NCBI GenBank assembly: GCA_003568775.1 | Contig: MWMI01000002.1 | Location: 79,949 to 111,948, forward strand | Origin: Candidatus Nanoclepta minutus | Lineage (GTDB): Archaea; Nanobdellota; Nanobdellia; Nanobdellales; Nanobdellaceae | Direction of reading: 5' to 3' | Length of the DNA stretch: 32,000 nt | Shown here: positions 1-9,004 of the stretch, piece by piece | Layout: each line of letters starts with the position of its first letter | Numbering within the stretch: the first letter of the stretch is position 1 | Notes under the pieces: model-generated | What the model saw: only the letters and a program-made list of their open reading frames with translations | Databases searched by the model: none | Told to the model about the DNA's origin: nothing | Program-made: the position numbers and the translations under genes

Positions 1-632
1 TATTTCTTTTCTAGATCATAAAAATCCTTAATTAAATCTGAAGAAAGTTTAAACAATTCTAGCCTTCCATCTCTTATATTTAATATTGGTTTCTTATTAA
101 CTAACCTTAGGAAAGAATACTTCAATAGGTTTATCCTTCCGGAATTGAGCAAATAGTTTATGTTCTCTACAAATGCATAAGTATCTATCCTTTCTCTCAT
201 ACTATTTATTCTCTCAACTACCTCATCTATTTTATACTTCTCCAATAACTTTTTAGCAATCAAAACTAAAATCCCGCTCCCCACCGATGCGTTTCTTGTA
301 TCAATAACGTATATTTTCTTTTTAATGAACTTAGAAGCATTCAAAGCTACATTATATGTACCCGATAACTCCGAACTTACTGTGAAAACTAAAATTTCTT
401 CTTCACAAGATTTATAAACTTCCAGAAAATCTTCTAAAGTAGGTTGAGAAGTTTTAAGCTTTCCAGACAACCATTCTTCCCTAAACTTCTTATAAAATTC
501 ATACTTAGAGTTATAAAAGATCGGTATCTTATCTCCATCCTTTATTACATATAAAGGTACAACTTTTATACCGTATTTTTCTATTATCCTCCTAGGTAGA
601 TCTACAGTAACATCAATTACAATATCAACCAT
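1..632 (-). CDS. DegV family (EDD-fold, FakB-like fatty-acid-binding) protein; 3' end cut by the window edge
   Basis: Not in the ORF track because it runs off the window. My translation of the minus strand from ATG at 632..630 gives MVDIVIDVTVDLPRRIIEKYGIKVVPLYVIKDG...KTSQPTLEDFLEVY...FTVSSELSGTYNVALNAS...IYVIDTRNASVGSG...NYLLNSGRIN, with no stop down to position 1. TSQP, LSGTY and a GGRI-like motif are DegV hallmarks. The start overlaps the stop of the upstream DAK2 gene by 8 nt. Confidence 0.8.
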   Translation of the reverse strand, partial: MVDIVIDVTVDLPRRIIEKYGIKVVPLYVIKDGDKIPIFYNSKYEFYKKFREEWLSGKLKTSQPTLEDFLEVYKSCEEEILVFTVSSELSGTYNVALNASKFIKKKIYVIDTRNASVGSGILVLIAKKLLEKYKIDEVVERINSMRERIDTYAFVENINYLLNSGRINLLKYSFLRLVNKKPILNIRDGRLELFKLSSDLIKDFYDLEKK

Positions 633-1482
633 TTATTTCATCGATTTCTATGTTTTCTATCTCAACAAAAGGGATTAGAAGATTTATGGTATTTTCTACA
701 GATCTCGTATGGAGGTGTATTTTTACATGATCTCCAAACTCGTTAATAATCAAAGAATCCTCATCCTTTAAACAATTCCTTATTTTATCTATAGAATACT
801 TAGGCTTTGCCAAAATATTCAAGCAGAATATCTTACCTTTAACTCTTTCAAACTTTTCTTCCTTTAGATACTTCTTTAAGTTTATCTTTATATCCCCCCC
901 GATAGATTCTATCCATCCCTTTAACATCAAAACTACCCCCAAACCTCCAGAATCAATAGTCTTCTTCAAGTTAACATTTTCCCTCTTATTCTCCAGTTCC
1001 TTCAGGGATTTTCTAATGCATTTATCTAACCAATCCTTTAAGTTTTTGGACTTAACTATCTCCCTCTCCATTACTCTTATTACAGTTAGCATAGTTCCCT
1101 CTCTAGGTTCTTTAACGGAAGAGTATGCGTATTCCCTAGCCCTTTTAATGGCCCTGAATAAATCCTTTAACTTAACCTTTTTCTTATCTTTTAGCTCTAT
1201 ATATAGACCATAGAAGAACATGGATATAATGTTACCCGAATTTCCCTTAGATACCTTCATCGATATGTCCTTAATTATCTCTAAGATCTTTCCTATGTGG
1301 TTTATCTCTACGTTCTCTATACCTTTCCTTATATTCTCAAAGAGTATCCTAAGATTCGTACCAGTATCCTTGTCTCTAACTGGAAAGTAGTTTAGTTCGT
1401 TTAATATACTTTCGTGAAAGGATATTTGATCGGCAGCTCTGAGCATCATATCTTTAAATATACTGCCATCTATTTCCTCCAT
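625..1482 (-). CDS. DAK2 (DhaL-like) domain protein, equivalent to the N-terminal half of bacterial YloV/FakA
   Basis: 285-aa ORF. The N-terminal LNYFPVRDKDTGTNL matches the DhaL/DAK2 phosphate-binding motif (FPVPDGDTGTNM in YloV). The C-terminal FCLNILAKPKYS...GDHVKIHLHTRSVENTINLL...IENIEIDEI resembles the YloV middle segment (YCTEF...VKVHVHT...IKIENM). ATG start verified. Confidence 0.8.
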   Translation of the reverse strand: MEEIDGSIFKDMMLRAADQISFHESILNELNYFPVRDKDTGTNLRILFENIRKGIENVEINHIGKILEIIKDISMKVSKGNSGNIISMFFYGLYIELKDKKKVKLKDLFRAIKRAREYAYSSVKEPREGTMLTVIRVMEREIVKSKNLKDWLDKCIRKSLKELENKRENVNLKKTIDSGGLGVVLMLKGWIESIGGDIKINLKKYLKEEKFERVKGKIFCLNILAKPKYSIDKIRNCLKDEDSLIINEFGDHVKIHLHTRSVENTINLLIPFVEIENIEIDEING

Positions 1483-1503
1483 CCTTATTATTTTTTTATC
1501 ATC

Positions 1504-1511
1504 TATTTTAA
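1504..1511 (-). promoter_or_regulatory. TATA-like box (TTAAAATA on minus strand) for the DAK2-DegV operon
   Basis: An 8-nt A/T box lies 21 nt upstream of the ATG at 1482. The same spacing recurs at other first-in-operon genes here, implying leaderless transcripts. Confidence 0.35.
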
Positions 1512-1535
1512 GTTTATCTATCCTTTAAGATTGAA

Positions 1536-1543
1536 TTTAAATA
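1536..1543 (+). promoter_or_regulatory. TATA-like box (TTTAAATA) for the 1563 gene
   Basis: A canonical archaeal TATA-like octamer lies 19 nt upstream of the ATG at 1563. Confidence 0.4.
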
Positions 1544-1562
1544 TAGGATCCGACTAAGATTT

Positions 1563-2042
1563 ATGAACGTAGAATCATTAATAAACATGTTCTCCTATCT
1601 CGGATTATTCATGATCGGACTATTAAGCACCATAGGTCTCTTCATATCCCCGCCATTATACTTAAGTCTACCCTTAATACTCTATAAAACGAAATTTAAT
1701 CCAATACTATCGACTTTACTAGTTGCTCTAGGAATGAGCGTCGGGGATACTATAGGTTATTTCATAGGATTCTCGAGTGAAAAATTATTAGAAAATAAAA
1801 TATATGAAAAGGAGAGGTACAAAAAGTTCTCGGAATTCATAAACAAATATGGGCCTATAACCATACCTTTACTTTCAGCATTACCTTTTCCATTCTTTGA
1901 TGCACTAGCAATAGCCTGTGGATTTGCAAAAATAGATATAAAATCCTACTTTATCTATCTGTTCTTCGGTAGGCTAATAAAAGTAAGTCTAATAGTCATA
2001 GCAGGTCAATATATACTAATAAGGCTACCATTTGAAATTTAA
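1563..2042 (+). CDS. Small DedA/VTT (TVP38/TMEM64-like) integral membrane protein
   Basis: 159-aa ORF, hydrophobic throughout. FINKYGPITIPLLSALPFPFFDALAIACGFAKIDIKSYF...FGRLIK resembles the DedA/SNARE-associated core. Confidence 0.5.
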   Translation: MNVESLINMFSYLGLFMIGLLSTIGLFISPPLYLSLPLILYKTKFNPILSTLLVALGMSVGDTIGYFIGFSSEKLLENKIYEKERYKKFSEFINKYGPITIPLLSALPFPFFDALAIACGFAKIDIKSYFIYLFFGRLIKVSLIVIAGQYILIRLPFEI

Positions 2043-2064
2043 CAGTTTATAACTTAAAGATAAA

Positions 2065-2793
2065 ATGCAGATTTCTATCGTATTCGTAGAACCTGAATCC
2101 GAAGATAACATCGGAGCACTAGCAAGAGTTATGGCAAACTTTGGCTTTAGGGATCTCATATTAATAAATCCGAAGGTAAATCCCTATTCAGAAAAAGTAA
2201 AAATAGTAGCAAGAGAGGAAGGTTGGAAGATAATAAGGAACCTGAGGATATACGATGATTTAGATAGGGTAATATCGATGTTCGATGTTACTTATGGAAC
2301 TACAGGAGTATCATCTAAAGTGGGGAATGAAGTTCTAAGGAACCCGTTAACTCCTAGAGAACTAGCAAGCAGAATCTGGAATTTCAGTGGGAAGATAGGC
2401 ATATTCTTCGGAAGGGAATCTACAGGATTCTCCAACCAAGAATTAGATAAGTTCGATGCTCAAATAACTATACCTGCCTCTGAGGATTATCCGATAATGA
2501 ACGTTACCCATGCCGCTTCTATAATCCTTTATGAGATCTTCATAGCGAGAGAGAATCCGATAAGGAGGACTTTCAAACTAATAAACAATCATGAAAGATA
2601 CGTATTAAAGAGAAAATTGAAGGAATTCGTTTATTCATTGCCAACTCATGAATATAGAAAGCCTGTAATTTATAGAGCATTGAGGAACCTTATCGGAAAG
2701 GCCTTTATAACAAAAAGGGAATTTTCTATATTAATGGGCGTCCTTAACCTAGCAAAAAATGATAGAAGAAAGTTATCCAATATTAAAAAATAG
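2065..2793 (+). CDS. SpoU/TrmH-family group 1 RNA 2'-O-methyltransferase (TrmJ-like)
   Basis: The N-terminus ISIVFVEPESEDNIGALARVMANFGFRDLILINPK is typical of TrmJ-type SPOUT enzymes. C-terminal knot motifs: IFFGRESTGFSNQEL and ITIP...MNVTHAASIILYEI. Confidence 0.7.
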   Translation: MQISIVFVEPESEDNIGALARVMANFGFRDLILINPKVNPYSEKVKIVAREEGWKIIRNLRIYDDLDRVISMFDVTYGTTGVSSKVGNEVLRNPLTPRELASRIWNFSGKIGIFFGRESTGFSNQELDKFDAQITIPASEDYPIMNVTHAASIILYEIFIARENPIRRTFKLINNHERYVLKRKLKEFVYSLPTHEYRKPVIYRALRNLIGKAFITKREFSILMGVLNLAKNDRRKLSNIKK

Positions 2794-4588
2794 AAGTTTT
2801 CAAATAGAAACAGTAGAAAGAATATTAGACAGTTTAGATAAGAAATTTATTATCTTAGACTCCCCAACAGGATCTGGAAAAACAATTATGTCATTAGTGA
2901 TAGCAGATTTCTTATGGAAGAAAGAAGATCTAATAACACACATAGCTGTAAGGACAAACGAACAAATAAAGAGATACTTACAGGACTCTCTAGAGAAGGT
3001 CAAAACTTTGGTAAAGGTTTTCCCGAATAAGAGAAAGACTTGCCCAATATTCTATAAATCGAACCTATCGGGGGAAGAGATATATTGCTCCGACTGTATG
3101 TTCAGGAAAGCAACTTATCCAAAAGAAAGGTTGTTCAAAAGGTTAAGAAAAGTTAACTATAATTTTGAAAAACTAGCAAAAATAGAGAATAAAAAAATGG
3201 AAAAAAGAAACGATAAAGTAAGGTGTATATACCATTCGTTTAAAAAAATAGAATCTAAAATATATGTATCTACCTACCCCTACGTATTTAACTATTATCT
3301 ATTCGATCTCCTGTCCTTAGAGGGAGAGCCCGATATATTAATAATGGATGAATCCCATAATCTATTGACTACGTTAACTAACCCTCTATCGTTATCCTTT
3401 AGGGTATATTTAGAGAAAGGTTTTGGGAAAAGGAAAGAAGAGAACCTGCTATACAAGTTTCTAAAAGAAGAAATAGCTGCAATAGGGGATCTACTAAATA
3501 TCCCTAACGAAGATATAGGTATAGTCCTATCAGAAATATCAAACTTTTCGGATGAACTAATAAACTTTATAGAGAACCTATTGGTAAAGCAGTTTAGAAC
3601 TCGAGAGATAAATATTATAATAGAAAGGATAAAGAAGGAGATTGGAAAGAAAGAGGTAATAATAGAGAGAGAAGAATTACTAGATATATTCGATAGGTAT
3701 TCTAAGACTTTTGATGAACTTATATTTTACTGGGATTCTTATAAAAAAACTATATCTAAGATGACATACAAGTTTCCAAAGAAGAGATGGCATTTAAACA
3801 AGATATTAAAGCTATACTTAAGCTTAAAGGATCCCGATCTTGTATGGATAGCAAACGGATTTAAAATAGAAGGATTTATAACAAAATTTAACGTTATAAT
3901 AAAGTCCCTTATGGACTATAAGAACATAATACTTATGTCGGGCAGCAACTTTACAAAAAAGGATTTTGTTACATTATATAAAGTACCTTCAGAGGATGTC
4001 GAATACATAAAGGTTGATGTAAAATTTGGTAAAAAGGAATTTAATATAATACCAAACTTTTCTTCAAAATATGAAAAGAGAAAGAGTAAGAAGAATATAC
4101 AAAACTTAATAGATAACATTAAATTCATTTTAAATAATTTAGATGGATATCAACTCTATATGTTTCCATCTGCAGGTTTCATGAACCTAATTTTTGATCA
4201 ATTATCAGAAGAAATAAAAGAAAGAATATTCTTGGATGATGGAACAAAACCCTTCAACTCTATATTAAAAACTAACAAAAAGGCTATATTCACCTATGCC
4301 AGATCAAGGTTTATAGAAGGGGTAGAACTGGTTAAGGATGGATCCTCTTTATTGAAGACTGTTGTAATAGTAGGAAAACCCTATCCACCACCCCCAACAG
4401 CATCTATACTCACCAATAGAATATTGAAAGATAATAAATTAGATTACTGGACTTTTGCAGAAATTATGAAGGATATTCAAATAAAACAAGTAATAGGAAG
4501 GGCTATAAGATCACAAAACGATGAAGTAAAGATATTTTTTATAGATGATAGGTATAAAAAATCTGAAGTAATAAAATACTTTAAGTAG
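2759..4588 (+). CDS. xpd: XPD/Rad3-family (DinG-like) Fe-S superfamily 2 DNA helicase
   Basis: Walker A DSPTGSGKT, motif II DESHNL, motif VI QVIGRAIRSQND. Four cysteines between motifs I and II (KTCPIF, YCSDC, VRCIYH) fit the XPD 4Fe-4S domain. The ATG start overlaps the preceding gene by 35 nt. Confidence 0.75.
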   Translation: MIEESYPILKNRSFQIETVERILDSLDKKFIILDSPTGSGKTIMSLVIADFLWKKEDLITHIAVRTNEQIKRYLQDSLEKVKTLVKVFPNKRKTCPIFYKSNLSGEEIYCSDCMFRKATYPKERLFKRLRKVNYNFEKLAKIENKKMEKRNDKVRCIYHSFKKIESKIYVSTYPYVFNYYLFDLLSLEGEPDILIMDESHNLLTTLTNPLSLSFRVYLEKGFGKRKEENLLYKFLKEEIAAIGDLLNIPNEDIGIVLSEISNFSDELINFIENLLVKQFRTREINIIIERIKKEIGKKEVIIEREELLDIFDRYSKTFDELIFYWDSYKKTISKMTYKFPKKRWHLNKILKLYLSLKDPDLVWIANGFKIEGFITKFNVIIKSLMDYKNIILMSGSNFTKKDFVTLYKVPSEDVEYIKVDVKFGKKEFNIIPNFSSKYEKRKSKKNIQNLIDNIKFILNNLDGYQLYMFPSAGFMNLIFDQLSEEIKERIFLDDGTKPFNSILKTNKKAIFTYARSRFIEGVELVKDGSSLLKTVVIVGKPYPPPPTASILTNRILKDNKLDYWTFAEIMKDIQIKQVIGRAIRSQNDEVKIFFIDDRYKKSEVIKYFK

Positions 4589-6860
4589 ACCTATCCAACC
4601 TTACTACAGTTCCACTCATCTTTTCCTTAAATAGCTCATCATGCGTACATAAAATTATCTGATAACCTTCTAAGGAATCTAAGAGTTCTGCCAATGAAAA
4701 CCTAACGTTTTCGTCTAAAGATTCCGTAGGTTCATCTAGCATGAGAACCTTAAAGTTGGGATTTATGATCGATGCTAGGGATAACCTCAAGGCTAAGTCT
4801 AATATTTTGGTCTGACCTCCACTTAGACCAGCCTCCCCAACATTCTTGTATATTATTTTGCCATCAACGTTCTTAGCTACAACTATATCGAATATCCTTT
4901 CCCTATTTCTTCCATACTTTAAGTCTATCCTTACATCTATTATATCTTCATACCTATACAATCTCCTAAAATGCCTCCTAAACTCTTCGGATAGCCTTAC
5001 TGTCTTACTCTGCCTAAGTTTTTCTATAAATCTAGTTAAACCGATTTGTAGACTATTTAATAAACTTATATTCTTCCTAATCTTTCTTATCTTTTCATTT
5101 AATGAGTTATACTTATCTAACTTTTCTAAATAAATCTTGTATAGTTCAGGTTTAAAGTTCTCATATTTCTTTAGCTCTTCGTCTAATTTCTTAATCTCAT
5201 TCTCTAAATCATACAGAGATCTAAATCCTAACTCTTCCATAATCTTATTGTATCTATCTAAATTCTTCTTCATTATATCTATTGAAGATATTTTCTTCAT
5301 TATTTCTTTCATTTCTGTAGATAAATTATTTAACTCCTCTGAAATCTTAGAAATTGCATTATCTATATCCTTTAGTTTTAAATAACTTATAGAGCCATTT
5401 ATTATTTCATATTCATCCATCAACTTAAGTTTTCCTCTTATAACTTCAATTTCACTATTTATTTTATTTAGTTCATCTTCTAACTTATCTATAGGTATAT
5501 TATATTCCAATAGTTTTTCATTGATATACTTGTATCTAATATATTTCTGCTCCATTTCCTTTATCTCCTGTCTCTTCTTCAACAGATCCGATTCTATATT
5601 TTTTATATCTTCATTAAGTTTGTTCATTTCTCTCCTATATTCATCAAGTAGAGCATTAACTTCTTCTTGATTAAGGGGTTTTCTACAAACTGGACAATTC
5701 TTCTCCTTAGAACCCTCCAAGATTTCTATTATTTTCATTATATTCTTAACTTTATTCTTCTCTTCTGCTAATCTATTATTTATTTCCTCTATATCATTCT
5801 TAATATTATTATATTTCTCTTCTACACCAACTAAACCAATAAATTCTTTTATTAAATTACTTTTTTCCGTTAAATTATTTAATTTAACCAACAAATCTGC
5901 TCTATCTAAATCTTTTATTTTCTCTTCTATATCCTTTAGCATTTTCTCAAGCTCTTCAATACTTTTCTTAATAAAATCTTCCGAATATTTGTTATATTTA
6001 AGGTTATTCTTCTCAGATTTCAGTGTAAGTAACTTCTGATTTAAGATATTATACTTCTCCTCCATTTCCTTATACCTATCTGATAGGAACCTCTCTTGAG
6101 AGATCAACTTACTATCTATAGAGGAATAAAGTATCTTCGCATCCCTATACTTCTCATACAATTCCTCCCTCCTCTTTTTGATTGATGTATATTCCTTATA
6201 AACCTTATCTAAATCCTCTACCTTCATTCCCCCAAATATATTGCTGAACTCTTCTATATCTCTAGATAAACTATATTTTTCTCTCTCTAGATATTCTAAT
6301 TCTTTATTTAAATCCCTTATCAATCCCTGTACAATATCTAAATAGTTCGAATATGTCTTTATATCAAACAACTCTTCCAATATATTTGTAAGACCTGATT
6401 TTCCAGACAAGCTAATGAACCTCCCCAAATCACCCTGTCTTATATACAGAACATTGAGTATCTTATTTATATTATCTATCCTAAGTAGTTCCTTTATCTT
6501 CTTGTTCACCTGATCACTACCGGACGATATAACTTTACCCCCCTCCTCTATAACTGCCTTGCTATCCCCAGAAGATGAGATAGTCCTTAGGATAGAATAC
6601 CTCCTCCCATCTTTGTCCTCTATTTCTAATATTAACTTTGCAGATGGAGATAGATGTCTAATCAAAGAGCTTGATTCGTTAACTCCAACCCAGGATAAAC
6701 TATCCCTTTCAAATCCAAACAATGAAACAATTATAGCATGGAATATAGAAGACTTCCCAGTACCATTTTCCCCTATTATTAAGTTTTTCTTATAGTCAAA
6801 AAATAACTCTCTCTTCTTATGTCCCTTGAAGTTCTCCAAATATAATCTTACTATCCTCAT
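4581..6860 (-). CDS. rad50: Rad50 DNA double-strand break repair ATPase
   Basis: Walker A GENGTGKSS, long coiled-coil, zinc hook CPVC (KNCPVCRKPL), signature LSGGQ, Walker B LMLDEPT, H-loop CTHD. The start overlaps the mre11 stop by 4 nt (ATGA). Confidence 0.92.
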   Translation of the reverse strand: MRIVRLYLENFKGHKKRELFFDYKKNLIIGENGTGKSSIFHAIIVSLFGFERDSLSWVGVNESSSLIRHLSPSAKLILEIEDKDGRRYSILRTISSSGDSKAVIEEGGKVISSGSDQVNKKIKELLRIDNINKILNVLYIRQGDLGRFISLSGKSGLTNILEELFDIKTYSNYLDIVQGLIRDLNKELEYLEREKYSLSRDIEEFSNIFGGMKVEDLDKVYKEYTSIKKRREELYEKYRDAKILYSSIDSKLISQERFLSDRYKEMEEKYNILNQKLLTLKSEKNNLKYNKYSEDFIKKSIEELEKMLKDIEEKIKDLDRADLLVKLNNLTEKSNLIKEFIGLVGVEEKYNNIKNDIEEINNRLAEEKNKVKNIMKIIEILEGSKEKNCPVCRKPLNQEEVNALLDEYRREMNKLNEDIKNIESDLLKKRQEIKEMEQKYIRYKYINEKLLEYNIPIDKLEDELNKINSEIEVIRGKLKLMDEYEIINGSISYLKLKDIDNAISKISEELNNLSTEMKEIMKKISSIDIMKKNLDRYNKIMEELGFRSLYDLENEIKKLDEELKKYENFKPELYKIYLEKLDKYNSLNEKIRKIRKNISLLNSLQIGLTRFIEKLRQSKTVRLSEEFRRHFRRLYRYEDIIDVRIDLKYGRNRERIFDIVVAKNVDGKIIYKNVGEAGLSGGQTKILDLALRLSLASIINPNFKVLMLDEPTESLDENVRFSLAELLDSLEGYQIILCTHDELFKEKMSGTVVRLDRST

Positions 6861-8002
6861 ACTAGTTCTTTAAACATCAAATCCCTTATCCTCTCAATAT
6901 TCCTGCCTTCCTCATCAGAATACTCTTCATAGAAATACTTTAACTTCTGTAAAATCTCCATAATAGACTTCTTATCTTCATCTGATACTAAAAGCTGTGA
7001 TAGTACATCCTCAAAGATCAAATTATCCTCCTTTATCACTATCTCTTCTTCAATATCCGAGGGATAATATTCGTCAATTATCAGGTATCCACTGGAAATT
7101 AAACTATCGATGGATCTCCTAATAGAATCGTAAAGGTCTCTCCTATACCTTACCCTAACCTTTATTAGGCTTTCCTTCGATTTTTTATAAACTTCCTCAT
7201 ATAGTTCGTTTATATCCCCCTCCTTCTCTATATGCTTCTCTATTATTGAGACCTTCCTAGCCCCTGTAGGTATGAACTTATAGTTAGAATCCTCAAAGTA
7301 AAAGAAACCTTTCTCAAACTTTTCTTCGATCGGAGATATTTCTGTCCTTTCCGTTGATCCTGGCAAAGAAAAGATCTTTTCATCTATCTTTGTAATAAAA
7401 CTATTGTGGAAATGTCCAAATGCATAAAAATCTACATCAGGGAATTTATCCTGTCCTATTATCCTAGGCTCCTTAGAATATTTCTCCAATAATCCTTCTG
7501 GAACGACGTTAGATACACCATGGAATAATAGGATAGAATATCCCGTCTTGTCAACCTTCATTTCCTTCAAGATCTTTTCATATATAAATTTAAGCTCATC
7601 CCCCGATAAGTTTGATGGTTCAGATATACCATAAATATAGAAATCCTTAATAACTATGGGCTCCCTCTCATTTGCTTCTATAATGAGACCTAACTTCTTC
7701 AATATCTCAACTGTATTCTGCTTTTGTCCCTTATTATCATGATTTCCCTTAATGAATATGAAAGGTATACCCTTCTCCTTCAACTTAAAGAGGATATCTA
7801 AGATATCCAATATATATCTAGAAGAAATCCTGAAATAGTCATCAAGGAAATCACCAGAATGAATTATAAAATCTACATTTTCCTTAATCGCAAAATCTAC
7901 AACCTTCTTAAATGCCTCCAAAAAATCCCTCTTTCTTATTTCCCTATAAGTTACTGGAACTTCACACCCCAGATGAGTATCAGATACATGTATAAACTTC
8001 AT
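6857..8002 (-). CDS. mre11: Mre11 nuclease (calcineurin-like phosphoesterase)
   Basis: Phosphoesterase motifs VSDTHLG, GDFLD, GNHD, LFHG and GHFH. Sits directly upstream of and overlaps rad50. Confidence 0.92.
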   Translation of the reverse strand: MKFIHVSDTHLGCEVPVTYREIRKRDFLEAFKKVVDFAIKENVDFIIHSGDFLDDYFRISSRYILDILDILFKLKEKGIPFIFIKGNHDNKGQKQNTVEILKKLGLIIEANEREPIVIKDFYIYGISEPSNLSGDELKFIYEKILKEMKVDKTGYSILLFHGVSNVVPEGLLEKYSKEPRIIGQDKFPDVDFYAFGHFHNSFITKIDEKIFSLPGSTERTEISPIEEKFEKGFFYFEDSNYKFIPTGARKVSIIEKHIEKEGDINELYEEVYKKSKESLIKVRVRYRRDLYDSIRRSIDSLISSGYLIIDEYYPSDIEEEIVIKEDNLIFEDVLSQLLVSDEDKKSIMEILQKLKYFYEEYSDEEGRNIERIRDLMFKELV

Positions 8003-8022
8003 ACTAATTTTTACCTAAAAAA

Positions 8023-8469
8023 CTATAAATTACTTACTTCCTTGAGGTATCTCTCAAAAAAATCCCTAACTTTCTCCTTATCCTTCCCATATCCATCTAT
8101 ACTTATCTTCAAATGGAAGACATCGTCTCCGTATAAAGGAAAGACTTTGTCTTTTTCCAATAAATAACTCTTATCTAGTCTTACGTATATATTGTAGTCT
8201 TCATCAAAATTCATTTCATCCAAGAACCTATCAATATCCAAACCCCTCTTTATGAGATTTCTAAAGAAAGTATGAATATGTTCCTTCTTCTTTATCTTTA
8301 CGGATATGTAGATTAGATTTGAACTTACTATACCCTCTCCTCTATTTTCTATTATATCTACCTTCTCTTTATCTATACCTTCTAATAAATCAAGGACTTT
8401 TTCCTTAATTTTATTATAATCCTCTCCTTCATGTACTATCACGCTGAGTTTTACTTCAGATACTCTCAT
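8023..8469 (-). CDS. Small conserved archaeal protein, probably UPF0201/DUF54 (COG1931-type putative RNA-binding protein)
   Basis: 148 aa. The N-terminal VKLSVIVHEGEDYNKIKEKVLDLL resembles the V.HaTED..KV pattern of that family as I recall it. It lies 20 nt upstream of mre11 on the same strand. Family assignment is tentative. Confidence 0.4.
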   Translation of the reverse strand: MRVSEVKLSVIVHEGEDYNKIKEKVLDLLEGIDKEKVDIIENRGEGIVSSNLIYISVKIKKKEHIHTFFRNLIKRGLDIDRFLDEMNFDEDYNIYVRLDKSYLLEKDKVFPLYGDDVFHLKISIDGYGKDKEKVRDFFERYLKEVSNL

Positions 8470-8490
8470 AATATCAGAATTACTTACATC

Positions 8491-8498
8491 TTTTTTAA
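8491..8498 (-). promoter_or_regulatory. TATA-like box (TTAAAAAA on minus strand) for the 8469 gene and probably mre11-rad50
   Basis: An A/T octamer lies 21 nt upstream of the ATG at 8469. Confidence 0.3.
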
Positions 8499-8572
8499 GA
8501 AAAACATCCCTGACTTTATCAGATAAACTTATAGAAAAATGTTATTTAATTTTATAAAAGATAATATTATTT

Positions 8573-9004
8573 ATGAAGGGACAAGGCTTACCTTTTAGTA
8601 CCATTGTCCTAGCAATAATATCCGTACTGATTCTAGTCTTAATAGTATTTTTTGTAACTGGAGGTTTTAGCAGGATATTTCCAGCAACAACACAATATAT
8701 AGTAACCGATATACAAACTGCAAGGACAAAATGTCAGCAACTTCTAGCAGATGCTCAGCTAAGACTTAGTGCCTCTACAAATCCTAATAGCGATTTTAAA
8801 CAAACAGAGTATTGTAAAGTTCAATTTAACATAAGTAGCATAAGTAAAGAGGCTTTAAAATGCTTCTCCCCAGAGATCGGGGTATATGCAAACTTCCGTA
8901 TTACCACACTATTCGGAGAAGTTTACCGTTGTTACACAATACCATCATCAAAAACAACTGAAGGCTGTACATGTGAGAAGGAAGTGGAGGATCACCTACC
9001 TTAA
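8573..9004 (+). CDS. Secreted Cys-rich protein with a class III (prepilin-like) signal peptide
   Basis: The N-terminus MKGQGLPFSTIVLAIISVLILVLIVFFV is a short basic leader, a KG/Q junction and a hydrophobic helix, as in archaeal EppA/PibD substrates. The mature part has six Cys and a T/S/Q-rich composition like the pilin genes at 12914-13860. Confidence 0.55.
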   Translation: MKGQGLPFSTIVLAIISVLILVLIVFFVTGGFSRIFPATTQYIVTDIQTARTKCQQLLADAQLRLSASTNPNSDFKQTEYCKVQFNISSISKEALKCFSPEIGVYANFRITTLFGEVYRCYTIPSSKTTEGCTCEKEVEDHLP

